Source of the DNA: Defluviitaleaceae bacterium
Lineage (GTDB): Bacteria; Bacillota; Clostridia; Lachnospirales; WQUN01
DNA length: 36,282 nucleotides
Direction: 5' to 3'
Assembly (NCBI GenBank): GCA_009782245.1
Contig: WRKK01000360.1
Span: 1-36,282, forward strand
Part shown: one piece after another, positions 22,737 to 32,124 of the stretch
Numbering within the stretch: position 1 is the stretch's first letter
Layout: the number at the start of each line of letters is the position of its first letter
Notes under the pieces: model-generated
Database searches by the model: none
Seen by the model: only the letters and a program-made list of their open reading frames with translations
What the model was told of the DNA's origin: nothing
Translations under genes and position numbers: made by a program

Positions 22737-23546
22737 TTACCCCAATTTTTGCAACAGCCACGTAAAACACACCAAAGAATCATCGTTTTCAATATCGGCG
22801 TATTCGTTTTGTTGGCTTGTTACGTAACTTTGGAACAATTCCGCCTTATCGGGATATGCTTTTGTTAGTTCGTTGGCACGGTTGGCTACTGCGGCAGCGC
22901 CTGTGGTGCTGTCTAAATTTTCGGCGTTTTCGCTTGTATCGCTGATGTTTTCCGTTGCGATAAGTTTTAATTTTTGGGTTTGCAAAAGTTTATCCCATTC
23001 ATTTTTGGTTAAATATTCTGCATCGTACTTTGCGGCGGCGTTTTTGCTTGTTAGATAGGCATCGTCTATTAAAATATAGCCGCCGTTTTTCAGCAACGGC
23101 AATATTTTTGCAAAAGTTGTACTATAATCGCCCAAAATTGACCCTATTGCACCCAAGATAATGCAGTCATATTGGGTTTTTTCGGTTATTACATCGTTAA
23201 TGTCTTTTACCGCAAATGTGCATAAATCGGCTACGCCAAATTCTTCGGCTTTTGCCTGGGCAACCGCTATAAATGACGGCATTATGTCCACGCCAGTTAT
23301 TGGGATTTTTAACTGTTGGGCGATTTTTACTGATACTGCACCTTTTCCGCAGCCTAAATCCAATATAGCGGCGTTTTGGGGCAATTTTGCGTGGTTGCTA
23401 ATTAAATTTATCATTATGGCTGGCTCGCTGCCTAATTCCCAAAAATCTTGCAGCAGATAGGGCAAAAAAGGCAGAAGTTCCACGCTTTCCGCCGTTAAAG
23501 ATTTTGCCAAACGGTTTTTTACATCTTCATTTTCTGGTGCTGACAT
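22737..23546 (-). CDS. class I SAM-dependent methyltransferase
   Basis: Motif I is AILDLGCGKGAVS. The post-I/II pattern is GVDIMP...FAVKD...YDCIILGAI. The protein is 269 aa. Confidence 0.85.
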   Translation of the reverse strand: MSAPENEDVKNRLAKSLTAESVELLPFLPYLLQDFWELGSEPAIMINLISNHAKLPQNAAILDLGCGKGAVSVKIAQQLKIPITGVDIMPSFIAVAQAKAEEFGVADLCTFAVKDINDVITEKTQYDCIILGAIGSILGDYSTTFAKILPLLKNGGYILIDDAYLTSKNAAAKYDAEYLTKNEWDKLLQTQKLKLIATENISDTSENAENLDSTTGAAAVANRANELTKAYPDKAELFQSYVTSQQNEYADIENDDSLVCFTWLLQKLG

Positions 23547-23660
23547 GAATATCCCTCCGCTAACAAACGGGCATTTTTGCCGTTTGTGTTGATGTTGTTA
23601 TTGGATTATTATAACATATTTCCGCGGCACAAAATAACAAAATAAAATTTTTGCCAAAAT

Positions 23661-23689
23661 TTGACACACCCGCCGCAACGTGCTATAAT
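23661..23689 (+). promoter_or_regulatory. consensus sigma-A promoter of Rpn-like gene copy 1
   Basis: TTGACA (23661-23666), a 17-nt spacer, then TATAAT (23684-23689). Confidence 0.75.
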
Positions 23690-23708
23690 ATCCAAAAGGG
23701 GTAATAAA

Positions 23709-24689
23709 ATGAGCAAATTAATCGAACAAACCAAACCAAAGAAACGCAGGCGAATATTTTGGCACGATGCCTTTGCGTGGGGCTACAAAGCCGAGTTCGC
23801 CGAAGAGGCGGACAAGCTGGAATTTATTGAAGAGTACGAACTAAGCAAACAAGCCCTAAAAATGGACGTTCTCGTCATAAAAAAGCCGCCAGACGTTACT
23901 ATCCACAAAAATATAGGCAAAATTTTTAGAGAGCATAACATCACAGAATACAAATCGCCCACGGACAACCTTAATATTTGGGATTACCAAAAAGTGCTGT
24001 CGTATGCCTATTTGTACTCGTCTTCTAAGAAGATTGCACCTAGCAAAATTACGCTAACCTTTGTACTAACAATCCGCCCACGGGATTTATTGAAATATTT
24101 TAAGGCGGAAAATCTGCAAATAACAGAGGTTGAAAGCGGCATAACTTATGTAACTGGCGGGGTTTTTCCTGTGCAAATTTTAGAGAGCAAAAAGTTGTCC
24201 GCCGAAACTAACCTATACTTGCAACACCTGCGGAGCAACTGGACTAAGGAAGATTTTGCAAAGGTTATACAAAAATTTGAAGAGACGAATCAGTTTGATT
24301 TTAAGAACATCTATTTGAGCAGAACGTGTGCTGCTAATGAAGAGGTAACGAAAGGAGAGGGATCGGATATGTTATCGGTAGAGGATATTATGATGGAACG
24401 AGTCAACGAAAATGAAGCCTTTAGAGAGCGGATTTCACAGAAAGTTGATGCTGAAAATTTAGAGGATATTGTACAGAAAAAAGCCGCCAAAGATAAGACC
24501 TTTAGAGCACAAATGTTGAAAAGTTTAGGCGGCGAAGACCCTGAAACGGCTCAAAAATTAGGCTTTACACAAGCAACTCTTGCACTACTTAAAGAGGGTT
24601 TTGGTACAAAAAAAATTGCAGAAATGCTTAACCAGCCCTTAGAATGGGTAGAAAACTTAGCAAAAACCCAGCAACCAGACGGCGTATAG
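23709..24689 (+). CDS. Rpn/YhgA-like PD-(D/E)xK nuclease (putative transposase family), copy 1
   Basis: ATG 23709 (MSKLIEQT) follows the AAAGGGG SD. HDAFAWGYK..., ALKMDVLVIKK and NITEYKSPTDNLNIWDYQKVLSYAYLY fit the hD..f / D / E.(Q/K)S motif order of this family. Confidence 0.7.
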   Translation: MSKLIEQTKPKKRRRIFWHDAFAWGYKAEFAEEADKLEFIEEYELSKQALKMDVLVIKKPPDVTIHKNIGKIFREHNITEYKSPTDNLNIWDYQKVLSYAYLYSSSKKIAPSKITLTFVLTIRPRDLLKYFKAENLQITEVESGITYVTGGVFPVQILESKKLSAETNLYLQHLRSNWTKEDFAKVIQKFEETNQFDFKNIYLSRTCAANEEVTKGEGSDMLSVEDIMMERVNENEAFRERISQKVDAENLEDIVQKKAAKDKTFRAQMLKSLGGEDPETAQKLGFTQATLALLKEGFGTKKIAEMLNQPLEWVENLAKTQQPDGV

Positions 24690-24699
24690 CAACGTATGC

Positions 24700-24815
24700 T
24701 GCTAATTAAATTTATCATTATGGCTGGCTCGCTACCTAGTTCCCAAAAATCTTGTAGTAGATAGGGCAAAAAAGGCAAAAGTTCCGTGCTTTCCGCCGTT
24801 AAAGATTTTGCCAAA
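24700..24815 (-). pseudogene. duplicated 116-bp fragment of the methyltransferase gene 5' region
   Basis: 109/116 identical to 23396-23511. It would encode KSLTAES.ELLPFLPYLLQDFWELGSEPAIMINLIS. It has no start and is not part of an intact gene. Confidence 0.85.
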
Positions 24816-24817
24816 AC

Positions 24818-24846
24818 TTGACAAACCCGCCACAACGTGTTACAAT
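24818..24846 (+). promoter_or_regulatory. sigma-A promoter of Rpn-like gene copy 2
   Basis: TTGACA (24818-24823), a 17-nt spacer, then TACAAT (24841-24846). Confidence 0.7.
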
Positions 24847-24865
24847 ATCCAAAAGGGGAAATAAA

Positions 24866-25834
24866 ATGAGCAAATCGATCGAACAAACCAAACCAAAGAA
24901 ACGCAAGCGAATATTTTGGCACGATGCCTTTGCGTGGGGCTACAAAGCCGAGTTCGCCGAAGAGGCGGACAAGTTGGAATTTATTGAAGAGTATGAACTA
25001 AGCAAACAAGCCCTAAAAATGGACGTTCTCGTCATAAAAAAACCGCCAGACGTTATAATCCACAAAAATATAGGCAGAATTTTCAGAGAGTACAACATCA
25101 CAGAATATAAATCGCCCACGGACAACCTTAATATTTGGGATTACCAAAAAGTGCTGTCGTATGCTTATTTGTACTCGTCTTCTAAGAAGATTGCACCTAG
25201 CAAAATTACGCTAACCTTTGTACTAACAGTCCGCCCACGGGATTTATTGAAATATTTTAAGGCGGAAAATCTGCAAATAACAGAGGTTGAAAGTGGTATA
25301 ACGTATGTAACTGGCGGGGTTTTTCCAATACAAATTTTAGAGAGCAAAAAGTTGTCCGCCGAAACTAATTTGTATTTGCAACACCTGCGTAGCAACTGGA
25401 CTACGGAAGATTTTGCAAAGGTAATACAAAAATTTGAAGAGATACAGCAGTTCGATTTGAAAAATATTTATTTGAGTAGAACGTGGGCTGCTAATGAAGA
25501 GGTAACGAAAGGAGAGGGATCGGATATGTTATCGGCAGAAGATATTATGATGGAACTAGTCGACGAAAATGAAGCCTTTAGAGAACGGATTTTACAGAAA
25601 ATTGATACTAAAAATTTAGGAAATGCTATGCAAAAAAGAGCCGCCAAAGATAAGGCCTTTAGAGAACAAATGTTGAAAAGTTTCGGCGGCGAAGACCCTG
25701 AAACTAGGGCAAAAGAAAACGCCTTAAAATGGCTGAAAAAAGGTTTTAGCATACCAGATATTGCCAACTTGCTTGATACAACCATCGAATGGGTAGAAAC
25801 CCTAGCAAAAACCCAACAACCAGACGGCACATAG
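24866..25834 (+). CDS. Rpn/YhgA-like PD-(D/E)xK nuclease, copy 2
   Basis: Paralogue of 23709-24689. It is near-identical over the first ~200 aa and divergent in the C-terminal ~60 aa. Confidence 0.7.
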   Translation: MSKSIEQTKPKKRKRIFWHDAFAWGYKAEFAEEADKLEFIEEYELSKQALKMDVLVIKKPPDVIIHKNIGRIFREYNITEYKSPTDNLNIWDYQKVLSYAYLYSSSKKIAPSKITLTFVLTVRPRDLLKYFKAENLQITEVESGITYVTGGVFPIQILESKKLSAETNLYLQHLRSNWTTEDFAKVIQKFEEIQQFDLKNIYLSRTWAANEEVTKGEGSDMLSAEDIMMELVDENEAFRERILQKIDTKNLGNAMQKRAAKDKAFREQMLKSFGGEDPETRAKENALKWLKKGFSIPDIANLLDTTIEWVETLAKTQQPDGT

Positions 25835-25903
25835 CACGGAAACAAAAAAACACCACCTAGTGCCCTGCACCGAATTACAGCAAACCTCTCTGCAAAAATC
25901 AAC

Positions 25904-25932
25904 TTGACTAACCCGCAAAAATATCTTATACT
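25904..25932 (+). promoter_or_regulatory. sigma-A type promoter upstream of mfd
   Basis: TTGACT (25904-25909), a 17-nt spacer, then TATACT (25927-25932). Confidence 0.55.
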
Positions 25933-26005
25933 AGTACCCTGTGCAAGTTTGCAATATAACAACATTTTGGGTTTTTGATAGATATTTAGATTTTTTGGAG
26001 GTATT

Positions 26006-29000
26006 ATGCAAGCTATTTTTTCGTTTCTTAATCTGGTGGACAGCTACAATCAGGTGGCGTTGCCAAATTTTTTAGGCTTGAAATCAAATGAAGAGCCAGA
26101 AGATGCAACGCTGATAACGGGCTTAGTTGGCTCGCAGAAGTGGCATTTGGCGGCGGCACTTATGCAGCAACAAAACCGCCCAGGGCTTATTGTTACCTAT
26201 TCCGAGATAAGTGCAAAGGCGGCTTTTGACGATATGCAATATTTTTCGGCACAAAATTGTTTGCTGTACCCCGCCCGTGATTTGCTTTATTATGCGGCAG
26301 ATGTCAAAAGTGCCGATGTTTCCCGCAAGCGGTTTTCTGTGCTGGCGGCTATTTTGGCTTGTCTGCCGAACGGGCAGGCTTGCCCGTCCAGCCTGTCTGC
26401 CGAGCGGGCAAGCAACAACCCCGTCATAGTGCTATCTGCCGAAGTTTTGCTAGAACGCATAATATCCAAGCAGGAACTTGCCGACAGCATTATAACGCTA
26501 ACCGTCGGCGAACGCTATTCTACGGATAATTTGCTGGCAACCCTCGCAAAAATGGGCTATGTGCGTACTTATCAAGTTGAGGGTGCGGGACAATTTGCCG
26601 TGCGCGGCGGCATTATCGATATTTGCACAATGCTAGAAGAAGAACCCGCTATCCGTCTGGAATTTTTTGACGATGAACTGGATTCCATTCGTACGCTAGA
26701 TGTTATCTCGCAACGCTCGGGCAATAGCATAAAAACCGCCAAAATTTTCCCAATAGCCGATTTTTCTGCTGAATATTCCACAAATTTACTGGATTATCTG
26801 CCAAAAGATACTATCCTGTTTTTTGACGAGCCAAATTTTATTGAAACGCACATAAAAACCGTGTGGTCGGAATACGAGGAAAATATTAAATCGCAGCTGC
26901 TAAAAACTGCCCAACTGCCGCAAAATATCATGCTAACTTTTGCCGAGGCTAAACAACTGGCAAAAGCCTTTGATATTGTCATGCTGGCGGATATGACAAT
27001 GCAGACAAGCAGTTTTAACCACAAACCGCCGCTGCATTTTACCGTAAAATCTTGTCCCCCATTGCGGCAAAATCCCGCCGAACTTAAAGAGGATATTTCC
27101 TATTGGCTTAACCAAAATTACAGCATTGTCCTGCTTACCGCCCACGAAAAAAATTGCCAGCATTTAGCGGATTCGCTGACGGATATGGAAATTCCCGCAC
27201 GATATGACGAGCATTTGCGGGAAATTCCGCCAAAAACAGTTACAGTTACAGGCGGAACGCTCTCCACGGGCTTTGAATACCCAGAATGCAAACTGGTTGT
27301 TATCACCGACAAAGAAATGTTCCCCCAATTCAACAAATCCCGCAAACGCAGACGGCGCTCTAAATTAGGCTCTAAAATTGACAATTTTACCGATTTGGTT
27401 ATCGGCGATCATATAGTCCATTACAGCCACGGAGTAGGCATTTTTGCTGGCATCGAGCAAGTTGTAATTGACGGGCTTAGCCGCGATTATCTGAAGATTA
27501 AATATGCCGATGGCGAACTTAAAGTGCATACAGGACAAATGGATCAACTGCAAAAGTACATCGGTAACGCCGCTAATTTGCGGCTAAACAAGCTAAGCGG
27601 CACAGAATGGGCAAAATCAAAATTGCGCGTAAAAGGTGCAGTAAAAATTTTGGCAAGCGATTTAGTTGCACTATACGCCAAACGCCAAGCGTCCAAGGGC
27701 TTTGTGTACTCAAAAGATACCGTGTGGCAATCCGATTTTGAAATGGATTTTCCCTACGAAGAAACGGACGACCAAATAGCCGCAATAGACGACATAAAAA
27801 TGGACATGGAATCGGAGCGGATTATGGATAGGCTGCTTTGCGGCGATGTGGGCTACGGTAAAACCGAAGTAGCCGTGCGTGCGGCTTTTAAGGCTATTCA
27901 AGACAGCAAACAAGTTGCCTATCTTGTGCCAACCACAATTTTAGCCCAACAGCATTACATAACTTTTGTCAACCGCATGAAAAATTATCCCGTTACAATA
28001 GAGCGGCTTTCACGGTTTCAAACGGCAAAGGAGCAAAAAACGGCACTAAAACGCATAACCAGCGGCGAAGCGGATATTGTCATTGGAACGCACAGGTTGC
28101 TCTCAAAAGATGTCCAGTTCAAGGAACTGGGCTTGATTATAGTGGACGAAGAACAGCGGTTCGGCGTTTCGCACAAAGAAAAGCTGAAAAACATAAAAGC
28201 AGACGTTGACGTGCTAACGCTAACCGCAACGCCTATCCCGCGCACCCTGCATTTAAGCATGACAGGCTTGCGGGATATGAGTATCCTCAACGAGCCGCCC
28301 AGCGAGCGGCGACCCGTGCAAACGTACGTTATGGAATACAACAAAGATTTTATCCGAGAGGCGATAAACCGCGAACTTTCCCGCAACGGGCAAGTGTATT
28401 ATCTGCACAACCGAGTGCGTAACATAGTGGAAGAAACCGCCAAATTACAGGCTATCGTGCCGTACGCAGAAGTCGCTTTTGCCCACGGGCAAATGTCGGA
28501 GCGTGAACTGGAGAACATTATGCTGGACTTTATAAACGGCGAAATTGACGTGCTGGTTTGCACCACAATAATAGAAACAGGGCTGGATATTCCAAATGTA
28601 AACACGCTAATAGTGCAAAACGCTGATTATATGGGACTAAGCCAGCTGTATCAGTTGCGCGGCAGGGTTGGCAGGTCTAATCGGTTGGCTTATGCCTACT
28701 TAATGTATCGCAAAGACAAAATTTTGGACGAAATTGCCCAGCGGCGGTTGCAAACTATTCGTGATTTTACCGAGTTTGGTGCAGGTTTTAAGATTGCTCT
28801 GCGAGACCTAGAAATTAGAGGAGCGGGCAACCTACTAGGTGCAGAACAGCACGGACACATGGACAGCGTGGGCTACGAAATGTATTGTAAACTGCTAGAA
28901 GAGGCCGTCCAAGAACTGCAAGGCAACCAGCCGCTGCCAACCTTTGAAACTTCGGTTGACATAGCAATAAACGCCTATATCCCGACATACTATATAGAAG

Positions 29001-29374
29001 ACGAAATGCAAAAGCTAGAGATATACAAAAAAATTGCCATGATTAGAACCCAGCAAGACAGCAACGATATGCAAGAAGAAATAGAAGACCGTTTTGGCGA
29101 TTTGCCAAAAACCGTACAAAACCTGCTAGACGTAGCATTATTAAAAGAAAAAGCCAACCAAATAGGCATAACCGCCATAAAAGAAAAAGCCAACCAGCTA
29201 ATAATTATATTCAAGCACGATGCCACCGTCGACTTTGACAAACTAACAACATTCATCATGCAAGAAAGCGACCAAGCAACATTCAAAATGCTCTCCAACC
29301 CCCGCCTAACTTACAAAATAAAGCAAAATTCTAAAGAAAGTTTGGCGTATATTTTGGGTAAGTTGGCGACTTAA
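26006..29374 (+). CDS. mfd: transcription-repair coupling factor
   Basis: 1122 aa. Seen: the RNAP-interacting CarD-like block IGDHIVHYSHGVGIF, helicase motif I GDVGYGKTEVA, motif II IVDEEQRFG, TATPIPRTL and QLRGRVGRS. Confidence 0.95.
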   Translation: MQAIFSFLNLVDSYNQVALPNFLGLKSNEEPEDATLITGLVGSQKWHLAAALMQQQNRPGLIVTYSEISAKAAFDDMQYFSAQNCLLYPARDLLYYAADVKSADVSRKRFSVLAAILACLPNGQACPSSLSAERASNNPVIVLSAEVLLERIISKQELADSIITLTVGERYSTDNLLATLAKMGYVRTYQVEGAGQFAVRGGIIDICTMLEEEPAIRLEFFDDELDSIRTLDVISQRSGNSIKTAKIFPIADFSAEYSTNLLDYLPKDTILFFDEPNFIETHIKTVWSEYEENIKSQLLKTAQLPQNIMLTFAEAKQLAKAFDIVMLADMTMQTSSFNHKPPLHFTVKSCPPLRQNPAELKEDISYWLNQNYSIVLLTAHEKNCQHLADSLTDMEIPARYDEHLREIPPKTVTVTGGTLSTGFEYPECKLVVITDKEMFPQFNKSRKRRRRSKLGSKIDNFTDLVIGDHIVHYSHGVGIFAGIEQVVIDGLSRDYLKIKYADGELKVHTGQMDQLQKYIGNAANLRLNKLSGTEWAKSKLRVKGAVKILASDLVALYAKRQASKGFVYSKDTVWQSDFEMDFPYEETDDQIAAIDDIKMDMESERIMDRLLCGDVGYGKTEVAVRAAFKAIQDSKQVAYLVPTTILAQQHYITFVNRMKNYPVTIERLSRFQTAKEQKTALKRITSGEADIVIGTHRLLSKDVQFKELGLIIVDEEQRFGVSHKEKLKNIKADVDVLTLTATPIPRTLHLSMTGLRDMSILNEPPSERRPVQTYVMEYNKDFIREAINRELSRNGQVYYLHNRVRNIVEETAKLQAIVPYAEVAFAHGQMSERELENIMLDFINGEIDVLVCTTIIETGLDIPNVNTLIVQNADYMGLSQLYQLRGRVGRSNRLAYAYLMYRKDKILDEIAQRRLQTIRDFTEFGAGFKIALRDLEIRGAGNLLGAEQHGHMDSVGYEMYCKLLEEAVQELQGNQPLPTFETSVDIAINAYIPTYYIEDEMQKLEIYKKIAMIRTQQDSNDMQEEIEDRFGDLPKTVQNLLDVALLKEKANQIGITAIKEKANQLIIIFKHDATVDFDKLTTFIMQESDQATFKMLSNPRLTYKIKQNSKESLAYILGKLAT

Positions 29375-29386
29375 TTTCAAACATTA

Positions 29387-29745
29387 AAACCGTGGGGCGC
29401 TGCCCCACACCCCGCAAGGGACTTCGCCCCTTGACCCCGTAAAATTTTGTGGTTTTTAAGTTAAGGTAATGACGTTGAAATTTTTCGTTTGCATTTGTGA
29501 TATTTTGCCGTAGGGGCGACCGTCCCGCCCAGCAGGTGGACGGTCGCCCGTTTGCCCATTCCGATATTTCTACAAATAAACCACAGGCAAAACAGGCAAC
29601 CGCAAAATATCAACATCACTTAACAATAAAAAAAATTAACAAAATTAGCGGGTCAAGGGGCGCGCTCCTTGCGGGGTCAAGGGGCAGCGCCCTTGCGGGG
29701 TGTGGGGCAGCCTGCCCGCCGGCAGGCGGGCGCCCCACGGTTTTT
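29387..29745. repeat. about 360-bp GC-rich nested palindromic element (REP/MITE-like)
   Basis: The outer arms are 29387-29439 and 29671-29745 (AAAACCGTGGGGCGC...CCCCACACCCCGCAAGGG...CCCCTTGACCCCG and its complement). Inner inverted pairs are TGTGGTTT/AAACCACA and TGATATTTTGC/GCAAAATATCA. The core is a 12-bp stem GGGCGACCGTCC/GGACGGTCGCCC (29514-29549). Confidence 0.8.
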
Positions 29746-29764
29746 GTTTGCAAAAATTTTTTTA

Positions 29765-29793
29765 TTGCGTTGCACAAAAAAATATGTTACAAT
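29765..29793 (+). promoter_or_regulatory. sigma-A type promoter of the chemoreceptor gene
   Basis: TTGCGT (29765-29770), a 17-nt spacer, then TACAAT (29788-29793). Confidence 0.5.
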
Positions 29794-29841
29794 GGTTTGT
29801 GTTGAATTAACAATATCCCACTATACAAAGGAGTTTTGACC

Positions 29842-32109
29842 ATGGAATTTTTTAGAAACATGAAACTTACGAAAAAGTTGATTTTGGGCTTCTCGCTGCT
29901 GTTGGTTATTAACATTACTACTAGTGTGCTTTTGGTTACAAACTTGATTAATGTAGATAGCCGTTACGCCTATGTACTGGAACACCCGTTTGTTAGGTAC
30001 AGCCTATTGCGAGATATTGAAGTAGGCATACTAAGCACAGGGCGGCTTGTCAATCGGGTTTCTTCTTTTGCTGGCGATGCAAGTACCATTAATGCTTACG
30101 AACAGCAAATAGCCCTTTGGCGAACAGAAGTTACTGCCGCATTACAGCGATATACCGAAAGTTTGGATAGCGATATTATGGTAACACCCGAAACAGAAAT
30201 AGCCCACAGGCTAGAACTGTTTTCCACTATGGAGCGTGTTTCGCTGCAATACATAAACCAACACGCAAACGATGTTGTAGCCGCCTCTAGGGCGAACGAT
30301 GCCGAACTAATACACGATCTTCTGGCTCAATCTTCAAATTTGCTAGATGAATTTTATGGTAGCTATAGTTACCTTATAAACGTAACCCGCGAATACGTGG
30401 AAGATATTGGGATAGACTTAGAACAACGTACGCAAACCACTATTATTGTTTTGTCGCTTTTTTCGATTGTTACTTTTGCAATAGGCTTAACGATTGCGTT
30501 GCTTATCTCACGTTCGATACTTAACCCTATTAAACGGCTTATAAACCTAGTCGGCACGGTTGCACACGGCAACTTTAACATTAATACCGACCGCTCGCTG
30601 CTTACCAACGACGAAGTGGGCGTGCTTACCCGAGATGTTTTTACCCTTATTAACACCGTAAAAAACGTTATGGTTGACATTGAAGAATTTTATCGGCAAT
30701 TCCACGTGCTGGGCGAATTTGACTATCAAATGGACGCTAACAAATACCAAAATGGCTACAAAGATTTAGTTACTAACATAAACTCGCTTACTAAATTGTT
30801 TATTTCGGATATGCTGAAAGTTGTGCACGTCATCGAGCAAATAGTGGCGGGCGACTTTAATATTTCGCTAGAACGCTGGCCTGGCAAAAAAATTCTTGTA
30901 AACAACACATTCGATGCCTTGAAAAAAAATCTGGAAGACGTGGAATCTACCATAAATTCCATTATCGAGGCGGCAAGCCAACGGGGCGATTTAAGTTTTA
31001 GTGCAGATGCCAGTAAATACGACGGTAGCTGGAGCAAAGTTATCGCTGGGCTTAACGGCATAGTAAAATCCATAAACGCACCAGTTGTGGAAATTCGTGA
31101 TGTAGTTTCCAATATTTCTGAAGGAAAATTTGACAAAAAGGTTACGGGCAACTATAACGGCGACTTTTTGGCTATTTCTAGCGATGTTAATAATATCGTG
31201 GATATACTTTCAAGCTATATTTCGGAAATATCCAACATATTGGGGCAAATATCCCAAAACGATTTAACGCACTCCATAACACGGGAATACGCTGGCGATT
31301 TTTACGCAATCAAAGAATCCATTAACCATATTTCCACCACGCTTAACCGCACTATTGCCGAAATATCAACTGTTTCGGGGCAAGTGCTAAATGGTGCAAA
31401 ACAAATATCCGCAAGTGCCAATAGTTTAGCGGAAGGTGCAACCGAGCAAGCAAGCTCCGTGGAAGAACTAAACGCATCGATAGACTTGATTAATGAGCAA
31501 ACCAAGCAAAACGCCGATAACGCCGATAACGCCAGCCAATTATCCAATAAATCCACCAAAAACGCAACCAGCGGCAACGAGGCAATGACACAAATGTTAG
31601 ATGCAATGGCTCAAATTAAGGATTCTAGCACAAGTATATCCCGCATTATTAAGGTTATACAGGATATAGCATTTCAAACTAACTTGCTATCTCTTAACGC
31701 CGCCGTCGAGGCCGCCCGTGCTGGCGAACATGGCAAAGGCTTTAGCGTTGTAGCTGAAGAGGTTCGCAGCCTTGCCAGCCGCACCCAAGCCGCCGCCACC
31801 GAAACTACAGGCTTAATAGGCGATTCCATTGACAGGGTTGACAGCGGTTCTGTTATCGCAGAAAGCACCGCCGAGGCTCTTAACTTGATTGTGGCAAACG
31901 CTACCGAAGTTATGCACATTATACAAAATATCTCCAACGCCTCCCGCGAACAAGCCGAGGCCATCGACCAAGTTAGCGTTGGGCTTGGCCAGATTTCTTC
32001 CGTTGTGCAAAACAATTCGGCTGTATCGGAAGAAACCGCCGCCGCCGCCCAAGAACTTAACTCGCAAGCGGAAGTGCTGCAAGAACTAGTTTACGCTTTT
32101 AAGCTGTAA
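29842..32109 (+). CDS. methyl-accepting chemotaxis protein with an extended HAMP-like array
   Basis: ATG 29842 lies 8 nt after the AAAGGAG SD. Two TM segments flank a periplasmic region of about 170 aa. G(N/D/K)F-containing HAMP-like units repeat. The signalling hairpin is [37 protein letters not shown]. Confidence 0.9.
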   Translation: MEFFRNMKLTKKLILGFSLLLVINITTSVLLVTNLINVDSRYAYVLEHPFVRYSLLRDIEVGILSTGRLVNRVSSFAGDASTINAYEQQIALWRTEVTAALQRYTESLDSDIMVTPETEIAHRLELFSTMERVSLQYINQHANDVVAASRANDAELIHDLLAQSSNLLDEFYGSYSYLINVTREYVEDIGIDLEQRTQTTIIVLSLFSIVTFAIGLTIALLISRSILNPIKRLINLVGTVAHGNFNINTDRSLLTNDEVGVLTRDVFTLINTVKNVMVDIEEFYRQFHVLGEFDYQMDANKYQNGYKDLVTNINSLTKLFISDMLKVVHVIEQIVAGDFNISLERWPGKKILVNNTFDALKKNLEDVESTINSIIEAASQRGDLSFSADASKYDGSWSKVIAGLNGIVKSINAPVVEIRDVVSNISEGKFDKKVTGNYNGDFLAISSDVNNIVDILSSYISEISNILGQISQNDLTHSITREYAGDFYAIKESINHISTTLNRTIAEISTVSGQVLNGAKQISASANSLAEGATEQASSVEELNASIDLINEQTKQNADNADNASQLSNKSTKNATSGNEAMTQMLDAMAQIKDSSTSISRIIKVIQDIAFQTNLLSLNAAVEAARAGEHGKGFSVVAEEVRSLASRTQAAATETTGLIGDSIDRVDSGSVIAESTAEALNLIVANATEVMHIIQNISNASREQAEAIDQVSVGLGQISSVVQNNSAVSEETAAAAQELNSQAEVLQELVYAFKL

Positions 32110-32124
32110 CCCGCCAACATAACA

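Noticed and set aside
24551-24922. 123-aa minus-strand ORF between the two Rpn-like genes.
   Set aside because: It is a chimera. Its middle is the duplicated methyltransferase fragment, and its ends are antisense to the Rpn-like genes and their promoter. It lacks the methyltransferase catalytic region. It is a duplication scar, not a gene.
29497-29805. 102-aa plus-strand ORF in the mfd-MCP spacer.
   Set aside because: It is generated by the GC-rich palindromic repeats (GSRGALLAGSRGSALAG...). It starts at a non-ATG codon without an SD and reads through the MCP promoter.
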